64,000 bases of DNA, from contig NW_026515671.1 of NCBI RefSeq assembly GCF_025526975.1, forward strand, positions 1,612,001 through 1,676,000. Reading direction: 5' to 3'. A model generated the notes under the pieces. It saw only the letters and a list, made by a program, of their open reading frames with translations, was not told the DNA's origin and made no database searches. Positions 10,800 through 21,529 of the stretch are shown piece after piece. The position numbers and the translations under genes were made by a program. Within the stretch, counting starts at the first letter, position 1. Every line of letters begins with the position of its first letter. The stretch comes from Fimicolochytrium jonesii (Eukaryota).

Positions 10800-13142
10800 T
10801 CACTTCCCCTCCCCAACAACCCCACTAACCCACTCCCCAATCCCAGCCGCCCCGTCCTCCATCGAATGCCCGTCTTCCATCTCCGTCTCTCCATCATCAA
10901 CCCTCGCCTTCTTATCTTTATGCGGCGTCCAAATATTTTTCAACCTTTCAAACCCACGCATCAATTTACCCGCTTTCTCCATCACCACATCATCATCACC
11001 ACCATCGTCGTTGGAAGACGAATCAGGCGCCGAGTCCGATGAGGGTGCGTTGTCATCGATATCGGCGACATTACTGATATTATCCTGATCGTTGTCAGAG
11101 TCCGAATCGATGACAATAATTTCCGTTTGTGTTTTGGGGTGGCCGGTGTGGGTGCGCTTAAGGTGGTTGGCGGGAGGTGTCGGGAGTGCGACGATATGGG
11201 GCACGGGGTATGTGATTGCCGGGTACGTCTTGTGAGCAGCACCTGGTGTAAGGCCCGGCGTGACGGGGTAATTGGAAGAATAAGCGGAGGGACTGGCGCT
11301 GGAGATGGTGACAGTAGACTCCAAACGCGACGTGATCGCAACAGCGGGCGCGGGCGTCTCGGAGACGATCACGACGTCGTCGTCGGAGGAGATGTCGACC
11401 CACTGTGCGTCTTTCGGGGTGGTGGGGGAGAGGTCGCCGTAGTCGATGGTGATGGGTGTTGGGGGGAGGGTGCGGGTATGGATTACCGAGCGGGTGATCG
11501 TGCGTATCTTGGTCGCTTTCTTGGCGCGCTGTTGCGGTTGGCCTGGGTGAAACATGTCCCAGAGGGCTGCGGCTAGTCTTCTGTGCTTATCGGTAGCGTT
11601 CCCGGGTATAGTGCGCGGCCGGGGGAGCTGGAAGGGTATCGGTTCGTGATTGGCCGGTGTGCGCTTATCGCCTTGAATCTTTAACCAGAGCTCGGCAGGC
11701 GTCATGTACATCGAGCGGCTGCGAAAGGTGTCGGTGCGGGAGTTCCAGACGTGTTTGGAGGTGGTGTCGGTTTCCTTGTGGGGCACGCTGTCGAGGGTGT
11801 GATGCATGTGGCGCGTGTCCATGTAGTCGACGTCCGGGGCGTATTCTCGGATGTGGCTCAGGTACATATCATGTTTCATTTTTGCATAATGCTCTACCAC
11901 GCCCCGGAGAAGGTTGGCGGAAACCGCACCGCTCGGTGGGAGCTCGACTTGTCTGACGGGTGGGAGCGCGACTTGTCTGATGGCCGGTCCAGCAGACACC
12001 GGACCGTCTGTTGTGAGCGCGACTTGTCTGATGGCCGGTCCAGCGGACACCGGACCGTCTGTTGTGAGCGCGACTTGTCTGATGGCCGGTCCAGCGGCAA
12101 CCAGACCGTCCGATGTGAGCGCGACTCTCTTGACACTAGAGCGAGTTTTCTTGACCTTGGGCGCTTCCCGCACTGGGGAGTCAACAAGCCTAACAACACG
12201 CAGCGGTGCCTTGGATGCCGATGGCTTTTCCGGAGCTCCGTTCGCCTGCGGTGCTGCCGTCGATGATACTGGCTTCTTCACTAGATGGGTCGGCAGCACG
12301 GCGATGGATGATGATGATGGCTTGTCCGCTGCTCCGTTCGTCTGCAGCACTGCCGTGGACGTTGATTGGTTCCTCAGTACTCCTTGAGGCTGCACTGCGG
12401 TGGATGACGAATTTTGCTTTTCCGCTACTCCTTGAGCCGGCAGCAATTCCATCTCCGCAGCTTCCCTGCCCTCTTGCTCTGCTTCCACCGCCGCTTTTCT
12501 CTCCTCCTCCCACTCTTGCTTCGCCCGGCGCTTGGTCGCCTTCGACTCCGTCGGCATGTATCGTAGTCTTCTCAAAGCTTTCTTTGACTTGCTGGCCTTG
12601 TCGTTCCCCCTTACGTACCATCCTTCAATGTTTGCATCCTTGACCTCTTGCGTCATGGTGCCATCGACCCGTTTCGGTAGAGGAGGTAGAGTAGCTAGAA
12701 ATTTAGATACTCGTGCTAAGCGTGACGACGCGACCGGCTTGGCTTTATTGGGAGTCCTCCTGAGTTTCTCGATGATCTTGGCTGTAGGCTTGGTCTTGGC
12801 TAGTATTTTCGCCACTTTTGCTACAGCTTTCGCCATAGGCTTCGACGCGGGTATCGTTACGAGTCCGACCTTTGTAGTCGTTGTGTTTGTCGACGAACTC
12901 GCTACTTTCCACTTCGCCGGAAGCGGGACCGCGACGTCGTCGCTGAAGGATCGGAGGGATTGACCGCTGAAGACGCCGGTTCTTGTTCCGTACTCTGTCG
13001 TTCCGAGCGAGGCTGCTGAACGAGAAGGAAGGGAAGAGGAGGAAGGACGGGGAGGAAGAGGGATGGGAGGAGCCGTCCGTGAAGACGCACCTTCCGGGAG
13101 GGCCGGTTTGGGTGCTACTGCCGTGGTTGAGACGTCGCTTAT
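10800..13142 (-). CDS. Long low-complexity Pro/Ser/Thr/Lys-rich exon or ORF, possibly the 3' part of the upstream FHA gene
   Basis: 678-aa ORF whose frame appears to extend upstream to a candidate TTAG acceptor near 13143. It contains 17-aa tandem repeats. Confidence 0.55.
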   Translation of the reverse strand: MSDVSTTAVAPKPALPEGASSRTAPPIPLPPRPSSSSLPSRSAASLGTTEYGTRTGVFSGQSLRSFSDDVAVPLPAKWKVASSSTNTTTTKVGLVTIPASKPMAKAVAKVAKILAKTKPTAKIIEKLRRTPNKAKPVASSRLARVSKFLATLPPLPKRVDGTMTQEVKDANIEGWYVRGNDKASKSKKALRRLRYMPTESKATKRRAKQEWEEERKAAVEAEQEGREAAEMELLPAQGVAEKQNSSSTAVQPQGVLRNQSTSTAVLQTNGAADKPSSSSIAVLPTHLVKKPVSSTAAPQANGAPEKPSASKAPLRVVRLVDSPVREAPKVKKTRSSVKRVALTSDGLVAAGPAIRQVALTTDGPVSAGPAIRQVALTTDGPVSAGPAIRQVALPPVRQVELPPSGAVSANLLRGVVEHYAKMKHDMYLSHIREYAPDVDYMDTRHMHHTLDSVPHKETDTTSKHVWNSRTDTFRSRSMYMTPAELWLKIQGDKRTPANHEPIPFQLPRPRTIPGNATDKHRRLAAALWDMFHPGQPQQRAKKATKIRTITRSVIHTRTLPPTPITIDYGDLSPTTPKDAQWVDISSDDDVVIVSETPAPAVAITSRLESTVTISSASPSAYSSNYPVTPGLTPGAAHKTYPAITYPVPHIVALPTPPANHLKRTHTGHPKTQTEIIVIDSDSDNDQDNISNVADIDDNAPSSDSAPDSSSNDDGGDDDVVMEKAGKLMRGFERLKNIWTPHKDKKARVDDGETEMEDGHSMEDGAAGIGEWVSGVVGEGK
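11964..12126. repeat. Coding minisatellite, 51-bp unit, about 3.2 copies
   Basis: GAGCGCGACTTGTCTGATGGCCGGTCCAGC.. recurs at 11964, 12015 and 12066, with a partial copy at 12117. It encodes AGPAIRQVALTTDGPVS repeats on the minus strand. Confidence 0.9.
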
Positions 13143-13407
13143 CTAATTGAGAAATTGAGAAGAGAGTTCATCCAGTGAGGGATTACAAGAATGAGTGATG
13201 TGCGAAGTTGTGAACCCCCAAAGTACAATGTGCGAGAAGCGATACCCGACTAGCTACGCTTGCGAACAAGAATGTTGGGCGGTGAGACTCGTATAAACTC
13301 GTGCAGCGAGGTTCCTCCGAGAAGAAGAACCAGATGGCGCGCTCTGTTCGCAATGAATCCAGAAGATTCGAAGCTCACTCCGCTCGCTATCGCTATCGCT
13401 TTCAACC

Positions 13408-14100
13408 TCAAGCATTGTTGCGCCGCGCATCGCTACGGATAAGGATACTTTCGATATCGCTCGATGCACTTACCGCTTTCGAGCCGACTTTGTCAACAAC
13501 AAACATAGGAACGACACCAGTAGTAGTAGCAACGGGAGCAGTACAAGGAGCAGGGAAAGCAGAAAGAGGGCTAGCCTTGGGCACCCAAGTAACTCTCAGA
13601 GCAACCAGTGGTTCACCCACCATCTTCACACCCAAGACGACAATATCGCCGGTCACGAGTGTGTAAGGCGCCTCCGCAGCAAGCTTTGGAGGCAAAGGCT
13701 TGCCGAACTCGGTCACGCCTTTGCAGACAAAAGTGCCGTTCTTGGACTTCAAGTCCTCGAGTAGCACCTGTCCTTTCGCAAAGAAGATACGAGCGTGGTC
13801 ACCCGAGATGATTTGGCTACCAAATACCCACTCCGCGACTGGCTTGTCTGCGGTTAAACAGAAACCGTCGCAGCGGTGCCAGTCGGATGAACGCGCGCGA
13901 CCCAGCACGACTCCTGTGAGGTTCGAGACTGGGACCAGCGGCGCTCGCCTGACGAGAGAGCTTTGAGACTGAGCGGTGGTTGAGGCGGCATGGTTGTTGA
14001 CGCGCTCGATGATCAGCGTTCCGCCGGCAGAGGTTGCAGAAGCACCAAAGTTGTTGAAGATGACGCCCGGCACCTGCCACCAGTTGGTGGTGCTAGGCAT
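13408..14100 (-). CDS. FHA-domain protein (5' exon)
   Basis: FHA signature LGR...ISGDHARI...LEDLKSKNGTFV...LVTGDIVVLG. A candidate GTAAGT donor near 13472 suggests splicing to downstream exons. Confidence 0.75.
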   Translation of the reverse strand: MPSTTNWWQVPGVIFNNFGASATSAGGTLIIERVNNHAASTTAQSQSSLVRRAPLVPVSNLTGVVLGRARSSDWHRCDGFCLTADKPVAEWVFGSQIISGDHARIFFAKGQVLLEDLKSKNGTFVCKGVTEFGKPLPPKLAAEAPYTLVTGDIVVLGVKMVGEPLVALRVTWVPKASPLSAFPAPCTAPVATTTGVVPMFVVDKVGSKAVSASSDIESILIRSDARRNNA

Positions 14101-14986
14101 CGAAAGCTAGCAAGAGGGAGAGAAGGATGGGAGTTGTCGGAGGTTGTCGTTGTCGTCCTTCAGATCTGAGCGTGGGAAAATGGGGGCGAAAGTGGGAAAG
14201 CTTGTCGCGCGCGAGACCCGCTTGGACCTGCTTCCTCGCTCCCACCCATCCTCGCTTCCTCTGCGCTTCCTCGCTGCGCCCACTCGTGTTTGATGATGAT
14301 TAGCTCCCAGTTGGCTGGCGAAGCGCGCTTCTACATTACCCGTTTGTTTAAAGCAGAGCTTATCCTGGTGGCGACTCGGTTCTCAATCATGAAGTCGTAT
14401 CATCCGCATGCACCGCGAGTTCGAATCTCTCTGGGGCCCAACCTCTTTTTAGTCTTATTGCGTTTTCCACGCGTCCGAAGAAATACGGGTCAAAAAGGAA
14501 AACGTCGGGCGCAACGTCGAATTTCTTCGGCCACATGGACATTGAGACCCAGGACTTCGTCTCCCGTATACCCAAACGCCCTTCAACACCGAGCAAGCAC
14601 TGGCGCTGGTACCAGCTGCTCACCGGTCATTCTGTTGTATATGGGCGGTCTGATTCTCTCTTGCAACCACTTCAAAACGGCACGGCGCCTAGCGAACACT
14701 TTTCAACGAAAAACACATACCGCCGGCGTTTGTCAGAAGAGACAAAGAAGATAGATATATACTTGGAGTCAACAAGGGGGAATTTCACGGTCACTGTATA
14801 GTGCCGATACACGGAAAGACTTGTTTAGACGAGGAATAGAGGCCGCAGAACGCAGACTAGAGAATTTGGGACCAACAGCGGGACCAGAGGAAAACTTCGA
14901 TACGACCACATCGAAAATAGACAATTCGCTATAGAGCACATACGAGAAAGATGTCGAAAGGAAGGATGGCCGACGGCCTACGGGTC

Positions 14987-16113
14987 ATGAGCTCATACTT
15001 CAAACGGTCGTTCAAATACGTGGCCGACGAGGCTGTCGCAGGTACATACACATTTGCCCGTGCAACCGAAACGCACTCCCACCTACCTCATCCACTTACT
15101 GCTCACTCATTCGAACAGCAATAAAATTCGACACGAGTTGGAAAAAGGAGATGCCGCTGTTCCAATTCTCGACCGTGAACGATCTGCAGGACTGGGTGGT
15201 CGGCTCTGATGCGGATATTGGGGGCTTGTCGGAGGCGTATTGGGGGTTGACGCCGCAACAGACTGGTGAGTCGGGCGGAGTTGGAGATGAGAGAAGGGGC
15301 GTTGGTGTTTTCAGCGAGTGGCCTGCAGGGTGAGACATTGAACTGACTGGCTGGGCCTCCTACGACTAGCACTGTTTTGGGGATCAATATCAACGCAAAT
15401 ACCAGAAGGTGCCAAGCTGGAACGGAGTGGCTATGCTGGAATAAGATCACAGGTACGCAGCACGGCGTTGCCTGCCCATTCAACTCGCCTGAAACCTATC
15501 ATCTAACTTTCTCCTCGAACACACTACCAGCAACGCCCCCTAACCCTCTTCCACCACCCGCGCTATGACACCACCCTCTTCCGCTACCTCGCCATCCGCG
15601 CAAAAGGCGACCAACGCCAATGGTTTGTGAATCTGCAAACTGATAGCATTTATCCGACGTATCTATGGCAGCATCGGCTGTACTTTCAGAGACCGGGGGA
15701 GTGGGAGACTATCATGGTGAGGTTTTGCGCTCTCCTTGTACTAATCCCCCCATCGAAAATCTGTGCTAATCCCATCAGCCTCAAAATCTCCATCCTAGAT
15801 CCCCTTCCGCGACTTCGTCCTAACCAGCAACGGCTACGTCCAAAAACGGCAACTCACGATGGACCGCTCCAAAATAAAAACAGTCGGGTTCTCCATCGTC
15901 CGCCAGCCGGGCGACTACGCGTTGGAGCTCGACTGGGTCAAGGCCGTCAACTCTACACGCACGTTCGGCGATTACGATATCCTGGACCCGGGCGAGTATA
16001 TTGACCCCGAGGGGAATTTGAGGAAGGTTGAGGGGGGGCAGACGTTGAGGGAGGCGCTCGGGGCGCAGATTCGGATTTGGCCGGAGAAGGAGGGAAAGGG
16101 GGGTGATAATTGA
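14987..16113 (+). CDS. CIA30: Complex I intermediate-associated protein 30 (CIA30/NDUFAF1), multi-exon
   Basis: Motifs WVVGSDADIGGLS, ERSGYAGIRS, YLAIRAKGD.RQWFVNLQTDS, LWQHRLY..RPGEWETIMIPFRDFVLTSNG and YALELDWVKAVN. Confidence 0.9.
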
Positions 16114-16379
16114 GGTGGTGATGAGCGTATTTCCTCCTTTCGGCGTAGTGGAGAACGGGCTCCACTTTGGTAGATTCTGAGCGACAATCCCTCTTGGCGC
16201 CTTCCAGTCGGCGGATCTCCGTAGATTCTCAGCACCTTAGGCTACCACCCAACTCACTTTGCATGTATATAGCTCTCCCATATCCACCCAGCATCGATAT
16301 CCATAACGTTTTTCGTAAGAATAGCGATGTGGTTAATGGCTGCGTGGTTCCGATCGAGCAACTCCCGCAGCACCTCTGA

Positions 16380-16718
16380 TTACAACTTAGCCTTCCCAAC
16401 CCACTTCTTCTGCTGTGGTGGTGCCCTCGCACTCGCAAACGCTGGATGCATCACCGCAGCATTCCACACCTTCCCCTCCACAGTCCCAAGTCCGGATGCC
16501 CCGTGGCCCCTCCGATCACCCCCGCTGTGGCCCACCCAGGCGGGGTGCACGCGTGTGGCGTCGAGTGGTGGTGTCCGTGGTGGTGTCCGTGGTGGTACTG
16601 TGGTTGCGGAGGTGCGAGGGATGGGTTGGTGGGAAATGGGGCGGGGCACTCGGGAAGGGAGTGCACGGTGTGGGATTGGGTGTAAGGACCGTGCTTCGAG
16701 GGTGGTTGGGGGCGGCAT
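16380..16718 (-). CDS. Small Pro-rich hypothetical protein
   Basis: ATG-started frame MPPPTTLEARSLHP...KWVGKAKL with base-composition pattern like neighbouring genes. No recognisable domain. Confidence 0.3.
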   Translation of the reverse strand: MPPPTTLEARSLHPIPHRALPSRVPRPISHQPIPRTSATTVPPRTPPRTPPLDATRVHPAWVGHSGGDRRGHGASGLGTVEGKVWNAAVMHPAFASARAPPQQKKWVGKAKL

Positions 16719-17083
16719 TGTGGGATCGTGGGATCGTTGCTGTCGGTTGGTCGGGACTATGGGACTACTACGTACTATGAATAGTCGGTGTGGGAACTTT
16801 GACGTTGTGGGTGGATGTCTGTTCGTTTCCAACTTTGCAGCCTTCGGCGATGTCACCCTTCTCAAGGCTCACGCGTCGCCCTTTTCACATGTCAGAAAGG
16901 TTGAGGGCCTCGACGGGGTTGCTGCTCAGTTTTTTGCACCGACTTCGGCCTTGGGAGAGCAGCGAGATGGAGATTAATACAGTACAGGTGCTATGGTAAT
17001 GATATCCTACAGCGCTAAAAAAAATGGGGACTGCCATCCCCACCAGCCCCAGCCTGTTACATCCCCGTCCGTCCCAGACCCCA

Positions 17084-19568
17084 CTACGCCCACGCACTAC
17101 CCCCCAAATCCTCCTCAAACTCCATCCCACTCCCCGTAGGCGTCTTCGCGCTCGCAAACTCACTCTTCAACGCCGCACTCGCCCCCCACAGATCCGTCGC
17201 GACCGCGGTCGAGCCCCAGGGGTCGTAATGGGGTTGTGAGTGGGCTGAGTGTAATTCGTCGTCTGCGAGGTTTGGTGTTGTGGTAGATGAGGGATTGAGA
17301 GCAGCTTCCATTTGGGCGGAGAGTGAGAGGGAGGGGTCGGTTGTTGTGAATGTCAGGGAGGGGCGTGCGGGTTCGATGTCCGAGTCGGGTTCTGAGTCTG
17401 TTTCGACTTGGTGGTGGTATTGCTCCTGTTGTGGTTGCTGTTCTTCCGGTGCTGGTGGGGGTTGGATGTAGGGACTTGTGGGTGACTCTACCGCGACGGG
17501 TTTGGGTGGTGCCGGGAATGTGGCAAACGTGGGTTGGCGGACATCTGCGGGTTGGGTTTGGATGGTTTGTGGGCTGGGTTTGACCAAGCGTGGTGGTTGT
17601 GGGGATCCGCGTGGGGAGGAGGGTGGCGTTGCGCGTTTTACTACTTTCACGGGGACATCTGCCACTCGCTGTGGTTTCGGGCCTGATCCGTTCTCTGCTG
17701 CTGCGGTTGATGCGGCGGGTCGTGGCCGGGACCCGGCAGTCGCAACCGCGGTCGGTCGGCCTTGTGGGGCTCCAGACGTAGGTCTTACGGGTTTGGCACC
17801 CTGCGGTGTTGCGACGCGGTTCGTTGCACCCAGCGGATCCGGGTTCGCAGACCGTTGTTGCTGTACCCTAGCCGTCGCCAACGGCGCGCCAGTTAACGGA
17901 TCAATAGCCGCACCACCCTGCTGGCGTTGCGCGTTCTCAATCCGTTCAAGGGCCCCATTGCTCGAGGTCGGCGTGACCGGCGTAACAGGCGACGCCTGCG
18001 CCTGTGCCGACCCCGTGATCTGCTTCGCCATCCGCACCCTCTCGGACAGGTATCCCCACCACGTCGCCGACTGATCCATATTGGCGCCCTTAAACTTATG
18101 TTTCTTCTCCCCGCCAAACATGCCGCCCGCCTTCTCCTGTATGAAGAACTCCTCCGGCTCCTTCTCGTTCATCATCAGCGGGCCAACGACGCAGTCGGGG
18201 AGGTAGAGGCTTAGTTCCGGTTCAGATGCTTTGTTCTGCGCCGCGACTTCCTCCTCCTCCGTTAAAATCGAGACCAGTGGGCTGTTGGCGTTCGCGGAGG
18301 GCGTGGGTGTCGCGCTCGGGATCACGTGCAGGTAATTGGCCGTGGTGACGACCACCATGACCTCCTTCCACGCTTTGCGGAACATGGTCGAGTCCTTCTT
18401 GTACATCATGCCCTCCTTCGTCGAGTGTATCAGCGGGTGGCTCTGCCCCTCATACGCAATCATATCCTCCGTGATGCTGACGGCGTCCGGCGGTAATATG
18501 CGATCGATATGCTGCTGACTGAAGGATTGCCAGTCCTTTGCGACGTCCAGCGTGCTCAGGGTAGCTTTCAGCTTACGGAAGGTGGCTTGTGCGCTGGTGA
18601 GGTCTTTGTTTTGCCAGTCGAAGAAGGTGGAGAGAGTTAATTGCAGGGTCTGCACGATGCTGGATTCGAAGGTCGCAAAGTGTTTTTGCTGGTTCAGGAG
18701 GGTGGCGCGGTAGTGGTCTTGCTTGTGGAGGCAAAGTGCGATATGTCGTTTCAGGCCTATAATGGATATATCATGAGCAAGGGAGTCCTTTCGACATCCC
18801 AACCGAATGCTCTGGATAAGAAAACACATACTTTTATTCACAGTCCACGGATCCCTCCAAGCACTCGACTCCTTCTCCACACCACTATACGCCTCCCCCC
18901 CATGCCTCGCCAGCGCAATCCTCAGCTGCGCCGCCAGCTTCACATACGTCTCCCGATCATGCTGCAGCTCCTTATCCAACCCTGTCCACTCCCGATCCGT
19001 ATCCGCCCCCTTCTTCCTCAGATCCGCCAGCAGCGACCTCAGATCCGGTAACAGGTACTGATCCAGCAACTCTGCGGCTTCCGTATTCTCCTGCGCGGCC
19101 TGGATGTGCGAGGATAGCAGGCCCTGGAAGAGGAACTGGGTGGTTTCGTCCGGCCCGAAAATAGCTTCTCCGTCCCGCGTCCGAACGGGGCTTTGAAAGT
19201 CCCGGGCGAGCTTGCTGTAGCTCTCGGCCATGCGCTTTTGGTGCTCGATGACGGCTTCAAATTGGGTGATCAGACGCTTGACGAGCTGCGCCCAGCCGTT
19301 CAGCCGTTGGAGGAATATCTGCGGAGGGAGTAAAATGGACATGTAAGGGTTTCCAGCAAGTTTGCGACGGACGACGATGCGATACCAGGGAGCCCATACA
19401 TACCTCTGTGGCACTCAGTGGCACAACGCCATGGGTAGGGTTATCTGCAAAAGGTGCCTTTTGGAGTGGCTTGCTGACGGATTGCTGCTGGTGCAATGAG
19501 GCTTTCCGCGAGGTGACAGCGGGAGAACCGCCCAGGGACTCCATGGACGACGCCCGGGAGGCTGCCAT
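17084..19568 (-). CDS. Slm1/Ask10-like protein: helical BAR-type region, PH domain, low-complexity tail; multi-exon
   Basis: FLQRLNGWAQLVKRLITQFEAV helical region. PH domain KEGMMYKKDSTMFRKAWKEVMVVVTTANYLH...PELSLYLPDC...HKFKG...TWWGYL. Confidence 0.8.
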
Positions 19569-19978
19569 GGCGTGTTAGTAGCTCGGGCGAACAGGTGGAA
19601 GTGGGAAAGGGACTGGTGTCAGTCTCTCGAACAAAGGCAACGGCAGTTGGGAAAAACTGCGAAATGCGACGAGCGGTCAGGTCGCTTGCATTTTTATCTG
19701 CTTAGCCGCCGGGTGACGCGACAACAACCACGCCAGGTGAATCTTCACGTCCAGGGCAGCCAAGGCTCCACGAGTCTCAAGAAACATGCATATCATACTG
19801 CAACTTCATAATCACCTCCTCCCTCTGCGTCGCACACTCACGCACGCCTCGAAGCCTCGTATCCTAAACATCTCAAGGGAAACTCCGTTCACATTCTGTC
19901 ATGAAGTCTAATTGGATATATATGAAAGGCCTCACTCTTTGCTCCAGCAATCTGCGGATAGAGCTATAGGTACATTTC

Positions 19979-21140
19979 CTATCGAGCGGGTTTAGCCTCG
20001 TCCTTCTTCTCCTGCTTGGCCGCCTCCTTCAAGAACTTTGGCTGCGGGGTTCCTTCGCCGGTTTGTTCCCTAAAATTCATAACTTACGTCAGTAAGCTGC
20101 CGTTGCACACCTCTCCGCTAAAAAAAAAGCAACCCACCAAGGCGATTGCAAATCAAAAGCACGGAGGTGCTGTGTCAACTCCAAAGGCTCGGCAACGACA
20201 CGCTTCTTCTCGTCATCGTATCGAACTTCCACGTAACCCGTCAACGGGAAATCCTTCCGTAAAGGATGACCCTCAAACCCATAGTCGGTCAAGATCCTCC
20301 GCAAGTCCGGGTGGTTGACAAAGTAGATGCCGTACATGTCGTACGCTTCCCGCTCAAACCAGTTGGCACCGGGGAAGTAAGGCGTCATCGAGGGCACGGG
20401 AGACACCTCCGTGGCATATGTCTTCACGCGGATACGGGTGTTGTAGCGAAGAGACAACATGTTGTAGACGACCTCAAAACGGTTTGAGCGGGTCGGGTAG
20501 TCAACGCCGGACAGGTTGGCGATCTGTTTGAACTGGCAGGCGGTGTGGTCGCGAAGAAAGAGCATGGTGGGGACGAGACCAGACGGCGCGACGTAGAGCG
20601 TGAGTTCATCTTTGTAAAGGGAGAATTGTTGAATGTACTTGGGCAGGCAGGAGGCGATGAAGCGACCGTATTCGTGCAGCTCTTTGTCCTGGACCGGTTC
20701 AAGAGGCCTGGCGGTGGAGGCGGTTGCGAACCCTAGGAGTAAGAAGGACGCTCAGATGTTGCTCACTTCACACACGGCTTGGACAATGGAAGAGTCTACA
20801 GAGATAAACGAAGTCGTGCTTCTGCAAAAGGGGATCTATGGGAAGCGTACCTGCTGTCACGTTGGCAGATACTCTTGGGTGTGCGATTGCTGAAAGAGTG
20901 CGAGCGATATATCAGTTATCGACGGATACACTCAAGATGTATCTCTTCGGCTTTCTCAAGCTTCACACGGCAACCAGCCTTCCAACTTGGAACATGCAGA
21001 TACAAGTGGATTCCGCATACACTAGCCATTTCCACTTCTGATCTGTCTGGGTGCCTTGCTCACGTACCTCTGGGCGCAATGCGTTGAACGAAGGATGGGT
21101 GCAGCCGCGCGGTGACCGTCCTTGCTGTGAGGAAAACCAT
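19979..21140 (-). CDS. NDUFS3: NADH:ubiquinone oxidoreductase 30-kDa subunit (NDUFS3/Nad9 homolog), multi-exon
   Basis: [19 protein letters not shown] and [51 protein letters not shown]. Presequence-like first exon at 21140. Confidence 0.95.
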
Positions 21141-21529
21141 TGTGACTCGATGGGCGACTGCAAAGGGGCGGTGGGATGCCTGTTGTCGGAAGCTCGCAGA
21201 CAACGAGTTGCAGGAGAGTGTGGCCCTGCTGGTAGGTGTGGTGGTGAGATGGCCAGCGAGTGGGCAGTCTGTGCAGTTTCTACGTCTGCTGATCCCAGAG
21301 CTCCCAGAATCCCAGGTTGGGTCTGTTTTCGTTCAAGCCGCGCCACTTGCAGACTTCGTACCAGAATTCAAGTCTCCCGCGTGCATGCAAGGTGCTGGGT
21401 TCAAACTCCGTCACCGAAGCATTTTCCCACGCATTCCAGCAGTCGGATGTATCATCCATACGCCCCACCGACAGCAGCACTTTCAAGCTCCGAATACGCA
21501 AGTCTATCAAAGTCGCTACTCCACCAGCC

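Noticed and set aside
11964..12126. Possible CRISPR array
   Set aside because: The units are contiguous 51-bp in-frame coding repeats without unique spacers.
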